From Nemertoderma westbladi (lineage: Eukaryota; Animalia; Xenacoelomorpha): a stretch of 64,000 nt of DNA. The notes beneath the pieces were generated by a model. That model saw nothing but the letters and a program-made list of their open reading frames with translations, did no database searches and was not told the origin of the DNA. Both the position numbers and the translations under genes were made by a program. This document shows positions 34,045 to 47,426 of this stretch, one piece after another. Each line of letters starts with the position of its first letter. The stretch's first letter is position 1. The stretch is from NCBI GenBank assembly GCA_032718475.1, contig JAUCBJ010004955.1, positions 1 to 64,000 on the forward strand, given 5' to 3'.

Positions 34045-36283
34045 GTTTGTTTGTACAGTTGAATGCCTACTGCTATATTACAGTTAAAGCAAGTCTAGTA
34101 ATTCAGTATCACTGTTAGCCTAATAATTAATTACCGATACTGCTACTCAGTGTAGCGTGATATATATAATATATTAGAATACCGGTATGCTTATAGTAGA
34201 TATATAAGTATTATTACAGACTAGATTTGTCACAGAATACCGGTATATAATTTTAGCACAAATATATATAAATATATAATAGGCCTATCGTGAATACCGG
34301 TATACAGCTGACACTTATATTATATATAAGTATAATTATTACAGACTAGAATTAATTACAGAATACCGGTATGATTTCAGCCTAAATTTATAGAATAAAT
34401 ATAATAAGCCTATTGTAAATACCGGTATGTCAATTATTTTAAAAATAATTGAATTTCTGAATGTTAGGGGTTACTTGGTTACTTTACTTACTTTATTACC
34501 GTTATTTGAGCAGCAGTCCAACTGATATTAAGACCTAAGTGTTGTATAACAGGCCTACTATTTTATTAATAGATTTAGTGGATTTATATGTACCCGTATG
34601 AGGGGTTTTGTTACAATATTGAAATAGATGTTATTATTTCTGGGAAGTAGTCACTACACAAAGGCTGTGCGCTCTCAGTGAAGTGCTACTTATTGGACAC
34701 TAAAACAAATAATTCTACTTCCTAAGTTACTTATCTACGAATTACTTACGATACGGGTGAGATTAAATCTCTAATTAAACACAACAAAAATATTACGTAC
34801 GAAATTTTAGGGTAATTTTACAGGGAACTACAAACCAGTCTAACAGAGTGTTAGATTTTCTGGTTATTACAACGGACAGGATACTACGGTATTTGAAAAT
34901 AATAAGTAGTAGTAAATACACTGTGTTGTCCAGATAGGAAAATACCACCGTCTGACGACCTATAGCCGTATCACTATAGGTACTACATTATGTATCACGG
35001 AGTGTCCCTACCTAGATGTTAATTACCGCGGTCTACCAGAACCAACGTGCCTATTAACCACTTTACAACACAAATATACTGCCTACACACTAATTACATT
35101 CGGAAAGCACTGTACACTAAACCCTAAATTAGGTACAAGTACTTGTACAACAAATAATCAGTAGTTATAAAATACTTGAACAGCTAAAAGAACCACGGCA
35201 TCTGCTGGAGTGACCGGTGCACAAGATCACCAGTCTTTACCTACGCCAAGCAGCCCGTGTAGTACCGGGGTTAATTTAACTATAACGGTATATATAACAA
35301 GCACAATTACTGTAGGAATAAACTTAGGGATATGAATGTTGCAAATAATCGCATAAACTCTGAATAATAAATATTACGCTACCCGTACAAACTACTCAAA
35401 CAAATTACAAACCAAATGCTGGCAGACTACCATCAAGCCCAAATAAATTACAGTATGTGCAGATTCCGAAATAGTTAGTTAGTATGCGTTCTAACCTAGT
35501 AGTACGACTTATTCTTTAGGTGGGGATTTACCTTACAGCTCTGGCTGCCCCTACTTCCTAACCGTCACTTTATCGGACAGACACTCTACACACACAGCAA
35601 TCCCTTCAGACCTAATAACAGCCAGACAACAATCCAGCCTACAAAATATCTGAATAATAACTATTACGGTACCTGAACAGACCACACAAACAAACACAGG
35701 CTAAAACGCTGGCAGACTACTATCAAGCCTAAATAAACTACAGTATATGCAGATTCCAAAATGGTTAGTTAGTATGCGTTCTAACACTGTAGTACGACTT
35801 ATTCTTTAGGAGGGGGTTGACCTTACAACTCAAGATGCCCCAACTTACTAACTGGCACTTTATCGGACAGACTCCACACACGCCGCAATCTCTCCAGACC
35901 CAATCAACAGTCAGACAACAGTCCAGCCTACAATTATCTGAACAATCTGAGCAGGGTTACACGCCTTCTGCTCAATATTAGCCTACTAGTAAATAAAACT
36001 GACAGAAATAAGTAAAAGTCCCAATAAAAAACCAGGGCTGCAGTCCCTAATTTAATATCAAGACCTACCGGTATACAATTATCAAAATCGAATAATACTG
36101 CTGTACCTGTACTGTTGTAAGTACCGGTCCGGATGATCAGGCAGTCAGGCCTACTGGTTACCGGTCAACCGGTACTTTAGTCTTGATCGCTTACGCCGCA
36201 ATAAAGATCCTACAAACTGTTATTGTTCTTACCAGAACAATATTAAACTGTATTTATTGCCTACACTGCAATCAAGAATTTTA

Positions 36284-36294
36284 CAAACGGTTAT
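36284..36294 (-). promoter_or_regulatory. Non-tRNA primer-binding site of element B (ATAACCGTTTG), complementary to LTR 37035-37045
   Basis: Directly abuts the LTR end; 11/11 reverse-complement match inside the LTR. Confidence 0.75.
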
Positions 36295-37514
36295 TGTTTG
36301 CGCTTTTAAGACTTTTGGCAGTTTAACCCGCCAAATCTATATGTCTTCTAGGTTATAAATCTACTCCAGCCTATGACAAGTATTGAACACCTATAATAAT
36401 TCTAACATTAGCCAAAGCCAGTCTGTGCGCGACCATTCACCCGCTGGATATACCCGGGAGACTGGATTTGGATGCTTTAATTTGATTGCGGTGCAGGCCT
36501 ACCGTACTATTCGATTGATCGTTAATATATAATCTCTGACAAATATTATTCACTTTTGGGAAATATTAGCAGTTCCTTTAGGACGTGGCGCTCTATCTAT
36601 TTAAACAGAGCTATGACTTACACTATACACAACGGTATGTCTTATAGATCAGCAAAGTGCATTCTTTAGGAAATGCTTTGTTACTCGGTCAAGCACACAC
36701 AGACTATTGCACACAACTGCACACTGAATTGCCGATATTCACTGATTTTAATCATATATAAAGAGAATAACAACCGACATTTGTAGGGCCTATTAGGTAG
36801 CATTGAATTCACTACAAACCACGATAATGTATGTCGCAAATTGTTATATGTAACCTGTCTCTCTAACCTTAGTGTATCAAGAAGATTGGGTTTTCGGATC
36901 GTTATCAATATTCTTCCCAATAATAATATGTAAACGAACGATACAATTAACAATGCAGTAAATAGCAGTAAGTAAAGCGGCGAAAAGCAGTTTACGTCAG
37001 GGTGCTTAATCAGATGCCGAGGTGCAAAACCGTGATAACCGTTTGATGATCTTATAATTAAAGACGCTCTAATGTCAGAAAACATTCCCCGGCCGGTGTT
37101 CTAGGCGTGGGGGAAACGTCAGTACTGAACCCTGTAATTCTGCTGTACAGCTTTTACACAAAGAGGGAATCTCTGATTGGTCGAATGGCAAAAGGCTCCA
37201 CGTGGACACAGCTGATAGATGTCGTCATTTTGAGCTGAGCAGAACAAAGAACCAAGGCAAGGCTCCGGGCAAGCTACACGTGTAAAGCTCAGCCGTTAGC
37301 TGTCATCATAGTAACGACACTGTTTCAAGAGGATCTAGGGCGTTGCGTCATAGAATTGCTAATTATGTCCTCTAAAGTACACATACAGAAGAAATAGCTT
37401 TTATGTCCCCTAAAAACACCGGTACAGCAATGACACGGCCTTTTATGCCTGCTAAACCAACTACAGAGTACTTTACGGGGAAAATAACCGGGCAATTCCG
37501 CAAAAGCTTTTACA
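36295..37514 (-). repeat. 5' LTR of BEL element B
   Basis: Direct repeat of 25802-27021, followed by TSD TAGCA. Confidence 0.95.
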
Positions 37515-39544
37515 TAGCATGTGACTTTCTCAAAATGATTTTATATAATTTCTAAATGTCATGGAATACTCAAAACAATATAGAATTCACTACCATAGCT
37601 TTAATTTAAATTTGTCCCAAATAGGTAGTTTTTGTCACATATAGGGTGTTTGTATCCCGTATCGGGTGTGAATTGCTTATAATGATTTCAAATAGTTTCT
37701 AAATATACTATTACTACAGTCCCGCTCTCAAAAAGCATTCCTTTGATCAAACATTGATCAAACTTTGATCAAACATTGATCAAAGTTTGATCAAAATGTG
37801 TCCATAGAATATCATTGAAAGTAGCATTGACATTGAAATGACATTGATGGCATATTGAAATGACCTTGAAATCGACGCACCGAAATTCCAGACTTTCTGT
37901 CTCATATTGAAATGACATTGAAATGATTTCAAGGTAACAGTTTACATCTCTCAACTGCGGCAAGCCTTTGAACTCAGATTCCCGCCGAGAACTGGCTTTT
38001 GTTAATGGCCAAGTCGCTATGTGATTGACAGGGCAGTGGATGGAGCTTGCTTGACTTTGTGGATGGACCGCGATTGGATTTACATGGCAGTGTTGTGGTA
38101 GTGTCCCAGACTGAGTCTTGTTCTTGTAGGGCAGGGCCTATTATTACACTAACAACTAGTTCAGAAAAACATCCTTTGGAATATTTTTAAATTATTGTTA
38201 TATTAGAAATTAGTTTCAATGTTCCTTAAATCAGAATCAAGTCCAAAGACCTCCATTGACGTAGCAGCGCGATGGCTGCCGTTGCATTGCATTTGCTTAT
38301 ACAGTAATTGTGTAAATTCGACAAGCTTCCTTCCTGCCCCTGTCTCTAATTATACTAATAAATGTAAATAAAGAAATAAATAAATCCGAGCGCTAGCGCC
38401 AGCGCACCCCCTAAAATACCTTCTAAAAATGTACGTAATTTAATTTTAATACTCTGATAAGGTAATTTTATTGAAAATCTAATTTGTTTTAAAGTAAACT
38501 ATGTTATGTACATCATTAGTTACGTATTTTTTAATTCAGATTAACGTATTTTAATTATAATTTTTTAAATATTAAAAATCAAATTGGGTTAGTAATACTT
38601 ATTAAATTATGCTCATTCATTTTTAATTAATGGAGGGTTTTAACCATCCGGCCGACAAACCACACTTTTGCTCACAGGTCGTTGTAAGACAGGACAAGGC
38701 ATCAATATAACCCCAGTGATCCCATCCCCACTCACCCTCCCCCCACCCACCCCATTATATATAATGTATTGTATTGTAGCCATTAGTATAGTTTAGTACA
38801 CATTACTACCTGCATAGTTCCTTTGCGACTAGGCCAGCTCAGTGCCAGGAGGCCAATCTCTTTGGTTGGCGGCCTCCTGTGTGTGGGTTTGGGGGCGGCC
38901 TCCTGTGTGTGGGTTAGTTGGCTGTCTAATTTCTTGGGAAGACTTTATAGTAAATTTCGAAATTTCGGGGAATTCCATTCCACAGCAGATAATTGGTTTT
39001 ACATGCTGGGGCGGCATAAGCTAAGAGCCATTACACAATATGCTATTGCTATGCCTTTAAGTTGTTAGTGGTCTGTCGCTGTCGGCACCCCAAGCTAATA
39101 ATATACAGCAAATAGCACTGAGACCACTGACTCATGTACTCCCTATGACATAATTTGTTGTGACTCGAATCAATTATTTCTCCTTACAAGAAAGCAACGT
39201 ATTTCCCACTTGTGGCCAGCCAGAAGGCCACAATGTCAACTGATATAATTACACCAAGGGATATTCTCATATTACCCACCCCCCCCCCCCCCCCCCCCCC
39301 CGTTTAGAAAAATGCTTTTGTTTCAAAAAATTTGGAATGTGGATCTTTAATATATATTTATATTATTTTGTTCTCATTTCAACTGGAAAGACTTCAGTAT
39401 GCTTTCACATGGCCTCCCCCTCGGTACGCTAGTCCCCCCCCCCCCCCCCCCATTCTAATGTATTGTAGCCATCCACCCAACACATTGCGTAACTCAGAAT
39501 TAAACTCCACACAGCCCATACCCACCCTTGCTTTAATTACCACC

Positions 39545-39942
<398 letters not shown>

Positions 39943-40336
39943 CTGACTGTGATTGGACCTGTGACAGGACCTGATTGTGGTATTTTGATTAGCGGTGAAT
40001 ATAATTAATACTACAGTATTTTGAATAGAGGTTAACCTTGAATAATACTACGGTATTTTGATTAGACAATATTTGATTTGTGGTATTTTGATTAGCGGTG
40101 AATATAATTAATACTACAGTATTTTGAATAGAGGTTAACATTGAATAATACTAGGGTATTTTGATTAGACAATATTTGATTTGTGGTATTTTGATTAGCG
40201 GTGAATATAATTAATACTACAGTATTTTGAATAGAGGTTAACCTTGAATAATACTACGGTATTTTGATTAGACAATATTTGATTTGTGGTATTTTGATTA
40301 GCGGTGAATATAATTAATACTACAGTATTTTGAATA

Positions 40337-43300
40337 AATAAAAGATATGAAAAAGATATGAGTATGAGAACCCTCCAGGAGAAATACCGGCTCGGTCGTC
40401 GCCCGGGTCAACAAGGACCGCGTCCCTCAGTGGTACACCAGGCTGGGGTCGATAAATTGGCTACTGGAACAGAAGACAGAGAAGAAAGAAGAACAAACCT
40501 GTTGAAATGTAAAAAGACACTAAAGATTGCTACAATGAACGCACGCACGCTGAAAGCACAGAGCAAACAGGGTGACATGGTCGCTCTGGCAATGGAATAT
40601 AACATCGACATCATCTGCATCCAAGAACATCGGATTTGTCATGAAGACACTGCCATGAAGTACAATGACATTGGAAATGGATGGACGTTAGTAACAAGCT
40701 CAGCAGTAAGAAACTCTGGAACTCAGGAATTCTGCTAAGCCCCTTTGCACTTAAGACCCTAAACAACATCGAATCTATAAATTCCAGGGTTATGATCGCA
40801 ACATTTGATGGGAATCCCAAGACAACAGTTATATGTTGCTACAGTCCAACCAATGCATCAGAGCCAGAACAAGCAGTCAAGTTTTATGAAGAACTGACTG
40901 GACTTATTAAGGACATCCCGAAACACAATGTTAAAGTCATTGCTGGTGACCTGAATGCGCAAATTGGCCCAGAAGACATCAAGGGTCACACCTATAACAC
41001 CAGTTCTAACATAAATGGGTACTTACTCTTAGACCTAATGGAAGAATGTGAATTGATACCAACAAACAACACATTCGAAAAGAGTAAGGGGAAGCTATGG
41101 ACCTTTCAATACCCTAATGGAACCAAAGCACAACTGGATTACATCCTTATAAACAAAAAGTGGAGAAATAGCATGATCAACTGCGAGGCATACAGCTCGT
41201 TCAACCTAATTGGTTCGGACCACAGAATTGTGACTGCAGAGATCAGACTCAGTTTGAGAGCCAGCAAACCCAGGACAAGCAAGCAAATCAACTATGACTG
41301 GGAGAAACTCAGAACTGACAATGCTGTAAAGGATGCTTATACAGTAGAAGTTCAAAACCGCTTTGAAGCACTTCAGTCAATGGATGAAGACCAATCCACC
41401 GATTCAATATACCAGAATATAATAACAGCCCACAAGGAATCAGCTAAGAGGCATATCCCCCAGAAACCTAAACGAAAACAGTATGTGCCATGGCAAAACT
41501 CTGAGGTTACTTGTAAGAGAGAAGATCTTAAGATAGCCTACAAAGTTAAAACCGAACAACCAACAACCGAAAACATTAACAAGGTTGAGAAAGCTAAGGA
41601 CGATCTTAAATTGGCCTACAACATCAGCCAGGAAAAGTACATACAGGATATAACTGAAGCAATTACAACTGCTCACATACAGCAACAATCAAGACTTACC
41701 TGGCAAACTGTAAATGAGGTATCTGGTCGGAAAAGTTGTGCAAAGGGGCGCCTCAAAGCCGATAGTCCTGAAGAACGTGTTGGGAAGTGGAAAAATCACT
41801 TCAGCAACTTGCTTGGGCAGCCACCAAACATCGAGGTCAGCCCTACAAGGAAAATATATGACAAGACACTACCTATAGAAACAGGGGACTTCACACCTGC
41901 CGAACTCCAAAGAAGCATTAAAAGCATGTCCAATAATAAAGCGAGTGGATTAGATGAAATCCCAGCGGAGGTATGGAAAACCAGAGTGCTAAATAGACCA
42001 TTATTGAATGTTTGCAACCGGATGTTAAAAGGGGAAAAGCCACCACCAATTTGGACTAAAGGTCAACTAAAGCCTCTCCCCAAGAAAGGAGACCTCGGCA
42101 TACCAACAAACTATCGTGGGATCTGTCTGCTTGTGGTAGCTGCCAAAATATACAATAAAATGATTCTATATAGGATTAGGCCTCACATAGAGAAACTACT
42201 GCGTAAGAGCCAAAACGGATTTCGACCAAGTAGATCAACAATAGCTCAGATACTTGCACTACGGAGACTGATTGAAGGAATCAAGTCAAAGAATCTCCCC
42301 GCAGTCATGACTTTTGTGGACTTCAAGAAGGCATTCGACTCCATCCATAGAGGTAAAATGCTTGAAATCCTAAGAGCTTATGGAATACCAGAAGTAATTG
42401 TTGCTGGCATTGGATTGCTATATTGTGACACAGAAGCGCAGGTACTCTCACCAGATGGTGAAACTGAGTTTTTCTCAATCCTGGCTGGCGTACTGCAAGG
42501 TGACACATTAGCACCATTACTATTTGTAATTGTGCTGGATTACGCAATGAGGACGGCCACAAAGGGTGAAGATCTGGGATTCACACTTCAAGAACGCAGA
42601 AGTAGTAGATATCCGGCAACTACAGTCACAGACACCAACTTTGCGGATGACATCGCCCTGCTCTCTAATACGCTAGCAGATGCACAGCTTCTACTAAATA
42701 AAGTGGAGAGGGCTGCTAAGGAGGTTGGATTGCATATAAATGCTACCAAGACCGAATTCATGACCTTTAATGTTGATGGAAACTTGACAACCATTGATAA
42801 TAATCAACTAAGGCAGGTCGATGACTTCCAGTTCCTTGGATCATGGATAGAGAGTAGCAAAAAGGACATAGAAGTTAGGAAAGCAAAGGCTTGGGTAGCT
42901 CTATCAAAAATGGATACCATCTGGAAATCATATCTCTCCAGGCACCTGAAGACCAAGATCTTTCGAGCCACAGTGGAAAGTGTATTTTTATACGGGGGTG
43001 AGACCTGGACACTGACTAAATCACTTGAACAACGAATTGATGGTTGCTACACAAGACTACTAAGGGCAGCCCTAAACATCAGCTGGAGACAACACATGAC
43101 AAACGCCGAGCTTTATGGTACAATACCACCTGTATCAACCACCCTCCGTGAACGCAGATTAAGATTCAGTGGGCACTGCTGGCGAAGTAAAGACGAGGTC
43201 ATACCAGATCTACTTCTCTGGCAACCAACTCATGGAAAGCGTAGTCGTGGACGACCTGCCATAACATATATAGATCAACTAGAAAGGGATACTGAACTTG

Positions 43301-43391
43301 GGAGAAACGAAATTGCGACAACTATGGAGAATCGGGATCTGGAAGGATCTCATTTCCACTGTCCGAGTTCGCTCGACCTAGTAGTAGTAGT
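40337..43391 (+). mobile_element. RTE-clade LINE, near full ORF (APE + RT), (GTA)n tail, ~13-bp TSD
   Basis: TSD AGTATTTTGAATA (40324-40336, 43392-43404); tail GTAGTAGTAGTAGTA; one frame break near 40725. Confidence 0.92.
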
Positions 43392-43401
43392 AGTATTTTG
43401 A
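40358..43401 (+). pseudogene. RTE endonuclease/reverse transcriptase ORF with an early frameshift (and an altered C-terminal end)
   Basis: IATMNARTL, ICIQEHR (first frame); YSPT, AGDLNA, LDYIL, SDH, NYRGI, VDFKKAFDS, GVLQGDTLAP, FADD, FLGS (second frame). Confidence 0.92.
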
Positions 43402-43794
43402 ATAGAGGTTAACCTTGAATAATACGACGGTATTTTGATTAGACAGAGGTGAATATGATTAATACCACGGTATTTTGATTAGAGATGAATATAAGTAATA
43501 CTACGGTATTTTGATTAGAGGTGAACACTGAAAAATACAACGGTATTTTTATTAGAGGTGAATAAGACTATAGTACAGATTAACACTATGGTATTTTGCT
43601 TACAGGTGAACATGATTAATACTGTACTACAGTATATTGAATAGTGATCAATACTACGGCGATTAATACCAAATACCAGGATATTTCAACCTTATGTTAT
43701 TATTTCGTCCAATTAATTTGTATCATTACACTGTATATATTTTCATATGTTTTATTTTATCCACATGTAATTTTAAACGATTTTAAATTTAAGC

Positions 43795-45890
43795 TGCTGG
43801 GTCCGCTGGGTGACCGGTCGGGAGTCCGGAGGCGTGTTGGACCCAGAGTCCGATATCGAGGTTGGTCAGCAAAGAGTCAAAGTACTCAATATTCTTCGGA
43901 ATAAACACCCGGCTGCGGCGCCTCCCAATAGAGAATCATTAATACAGTGTGGCGATCTGCCTCTCAAGGTCGACGTCGACGTGACGGCGGCACATATCAA
44001 GGAGGTGGCCCGGTGCCTGCACGGTGGCGGCGGTCCCGTGGGTTGCGACTCCACACACTGGCGGGATTATCTGCTCCGCTATGGCGCCCATAGTGAGCGC
44101 CTCTAAGACACAGTTGCTGCAATCACCCAGACTCTAGCGAATGCAGTTGTACCGTGGGAGTCTGTCCGGGCACTTATGTCTGGCCGACTGATTGCGTTGG
44201 ATAAGTGTCCGGGTGTGCTGCCCATCGGAATCGGGGAGTGTCTCCGGCGTATAATGGCCCGCACAATGGCCGCGATCACAGGGGATGTCGTCACCATCAC
44301 GTGTGGCGCCGAACAGCTGCCGGCGGGGACCTCCGCAGGAGTCGAGGCTGCGATACACTCGATGTTGTTGCTGTTTGAGGATAACAGTGACTCGGGTTGG
44401 GGGGTGCTACTGGTGGACGCAGCCAATGCGTTCAACTCGCTCAACCGGGTAGCAGCGTTGTGGAAAGCGCGCTGTCTGTGGCCTTGATGCTCTAGATTCC
44501 TGTTTAACAGTTATCGGGGCCATAGTATCCTTGTCATGAAGGGGACTGATGCAATAATATTCAGCGTGGACGGCGTTACCCAGGGCGACCCCCTTGCAAT
44601 GCTGCTGTACGCCATCGGAGCCCTCCCGTTGATCCGGAGTTTACGGTCCCCTACAGTCCGGGAGAGTTGGTACGCCGACGATTCTGGCGGGGCGGGTGAA
44701 CTCCCAGACTTACTGCGGTGGTTTGAGAAGCTGCTCAAACTCGGCCCAGCTTTTGGTTACTTCCCCGAGACGTCCAAATGCTACCTCGTAGTCGACCCCG
44801 AGTACAGGGACAAGGCTCGCAGAGTCTTCAGTGACCACCAGATAAAGATTGTAACAGGACACGGTTTCTCGGGGGGTTCCTCGGGAGTGCGGTAGAATGA
44901 CGCCAGTATGTGTGGGCGAAGATGGCTGCGTGGGTAGAGGCGACGGACGCACTGGCGACAATCTTTTCTTGTACCTCGTTTCCTTGCACGGGACCCGGTT
45001 CCTGAGTGGTGCGATGGCTGGCACCGAGGAATTCGACCTCTCAGCCCACCGGGACTGCTTGGCGAAGGAGAGGAAGGTCGACCGAGAAGACTGGAGACTG
45101 ACTGAGATCTCGGAGTTCGAGGAGGCACTGGGGGCGATGACAGAACGCCGCTGCCGCACGATCCGCCGAGCGGCGGAGTACAAAACTGGTAGCTGGATCT
45201 CGTTGATTCCCCGGGCAGACCTCCAATACGATCTATCCCCACGTGAGTTTCGTGACGCGATCGCCGTGCGATACGGAAGTCCCCTCCTCGGAGTACACAG
45301 CCGGTGCGACGGGTGCGGGGCCGCCTTTGACCTGAACCATGGGTTGAACTGTAAGAAGGGCGGCCTTGTCATCCAGCGCCACAAATGAGCTGAGAGACAC
45401 TGTGGGCGACCTCGCGCCGTTGGCGTTTGGGCCGCACAATGCAATGCTGGAGCCAGTAGTAAGGGAGCAGTTGGAGGAAGGTGACGGGACAGGGCTGCGG
45501 TGCGATGTAGGGATTAGGGGCGCATTTAATGTGCAGACTCAGGCGTTTATCGATATCAGGTCAACCAACCTTGACGCCGAGTCGTACGTTAACTGCGCTC
45601 CTATGACCGTTCTCGAGGCGGCGGAGGATGAGAAGAAGCGGCTGCTGTAGCAGCTCGTCGCGGCGATTTCTCTCCCTTCGTGCTGTCGTGGCTTCGTGCG
45701 ACGGAGTGTTGGCACCGCAGGCCAATAGACTGCTCAGAGTCATAGCCACCAGACTCCATGCATCCAGGGGGAAACCCTACGCGACAGTCATGGAATGGGT
45801 CCGGACGCGGATCCCGCATGCGGTGGCGCAGTGGCCTGGGGCTAGAGGACGGTGCTGGTCTCCCCTCCATGGCGTTTTAGAACAGTAGTA
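43795..45890 (+). pseudogene. Decayed CRE-clade non-LTR retrotransposon (RT + CCHC + restriction-like endonuclease), 5' truncated
   Basis: ALDKCPGVLPIGIGE, DAANAFNSL, GVTQGDPLAM, YADDS, CDGCG...HGLNCKKGG...RH, RCDVGIRG...FIDIR...EDEKKR; stops and frameshifts. Confidence 0.88.
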
Positions 45891-47426
45891 CAGTAGCAAG
45901 TAGCAAGTAGGTAGGTCAGTTAGTCTAGGCAATAACAATTATTAATCACATGTAAATACGTTTTGAATTTCCCTCCAATATTTGTATCACTTTTTATTAT
46001 TTAAACTGTAATTGCAATTGGTGATGGGTTTCTCTCTATATATGTTAAATTGTTAATAAAGTTTACCTAATCTCTTTTAACAGGGGACCTGCATGGAAAC
46101 GAGTTCTATGAACTCACGCAGTTATCCCGTCAGAACATTTTATTAGATAATCTTTAGCAGATATGAGATGCTTTACCAGATAACGTACACAATTTTGAAG
46201 CACTTGTCTACTACTGTACATCAATTTTATATGATCAGTACTGAACAGTAATACCTATGTATGCCTACTTTTTGACATTAATTTTATACAGTAAAAGTGT
46301 ATGTACAGCACTTAGGTATTTGGTACCATATGTCTAATATTTTTATTTCTGTGTATGTCAGTATGTGCAGGCCTATTTCTGTGTATTCCATGCGATTTTC
46401 TGTCTCTGACAATCTGACAATAAATAACTTCAACTTCACTTCTACTTCAGACTTATTACTGGGTGGGTAGTGGTTCACTCTTAATACAGTACTACAGTAC
46501 CTACTACCGGTACTGCCTGACTGTACTAGGCATATCATAGGTCACAGCAGCACAGGTAAACGAAGAGAAAAACACTAAAAACAGTTATTAGGCCTACATA
46601 TTACAGTATTCATTGTTATTAAATTACAGAATTAAGCCTGTATCGGTAGGCTTACCGGTACGTCTGTCTGTACGTGACAATAACTAATGACCAGATGACA
46701 TACCGACTGATGTCAGACTGAAGACCTGCAGACTGGCAGTCGGGCACTTTGTCAATATTGACATGTGTCAATATTGACATGTAGAGCTAGTTTCTCCAGG
46801 ACTGTATGTTAATGACCCTGTTAAAGCAGTAAAGAAGAGGTGATATATGGAACATGCAGACATGGCAGCATGCTGTAAGGCTGTAAGGTTCAGAGGATAG
46901 CAAATTTCTCTAGTCTTCTGCATTTTTCTCACCAGTCACTAACGGACTAAAGTTATTGATTGTAAGTTGCTGTGCTGTAAGGTTAAGCCTACACCCTACT
47001 GCTGGCAGGCTGGTGATGTTGTAACTTGTAAAGACTGGTGAAATTTGAGGTTTTGTCTCAAATTTGAGGTTTAACCTCAAATTTAAATTTTCACCCCCAA
47101 TAAAAGCATGTTTGCATCGGTGAAATATTTTATTGCATCGATAAAAGTTCTTATTTTATATTATATTTTAACATAGGCCTATTAAAAGTAGAAGTTGCTC
47201 CAACAGTTTCCCTAAGTCGCAGCAACACTCGATATTATGAGTCTAAAAATACCTCAAATTTGAACAAAAAACCCCAATTTTCGACAGTCAGAATTCGAAA
47301 TTTGGGGTAACCCCAAAATTGATGATCTCCCTGACTGATGATGGTTTCATGTAACTGTGCTCCTGTGCCTGTGCTGCTGTGGGATTAAAAAAAGTTGAAA
47401 AAATGGCCATACAACCCCAGCCTACC

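Larger units (their letters stand above)
25802..37514 (-). mobile_element. BEL/Pao LTR retrotransposon, element B: complete ends, non-autonomous (RT and IN deleted)
   Basis: Two 1220-bp LTRs (25802-27021, 36295-37514) with about ten differences by eye; 5-bp TSD TAGCA (25797-25801, 37515-37519); gag-PR ORF; short purine tract GGGAGCGG before the 3' LTR on the minus strand. Confidence 0.95.
39973..43670. repeat. ~103-bp minisatellite (39973-40336, resuming and degenerating over 43392-43670), interrupted by the RTE element
   Basis: Unit TGTGGTATTTTGATTAGCGGTGAATATAATTAATACTACAGTATTTTGAATAGAGGTTAAC...; the phase continues across the insertion. Confidence 0.85.
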
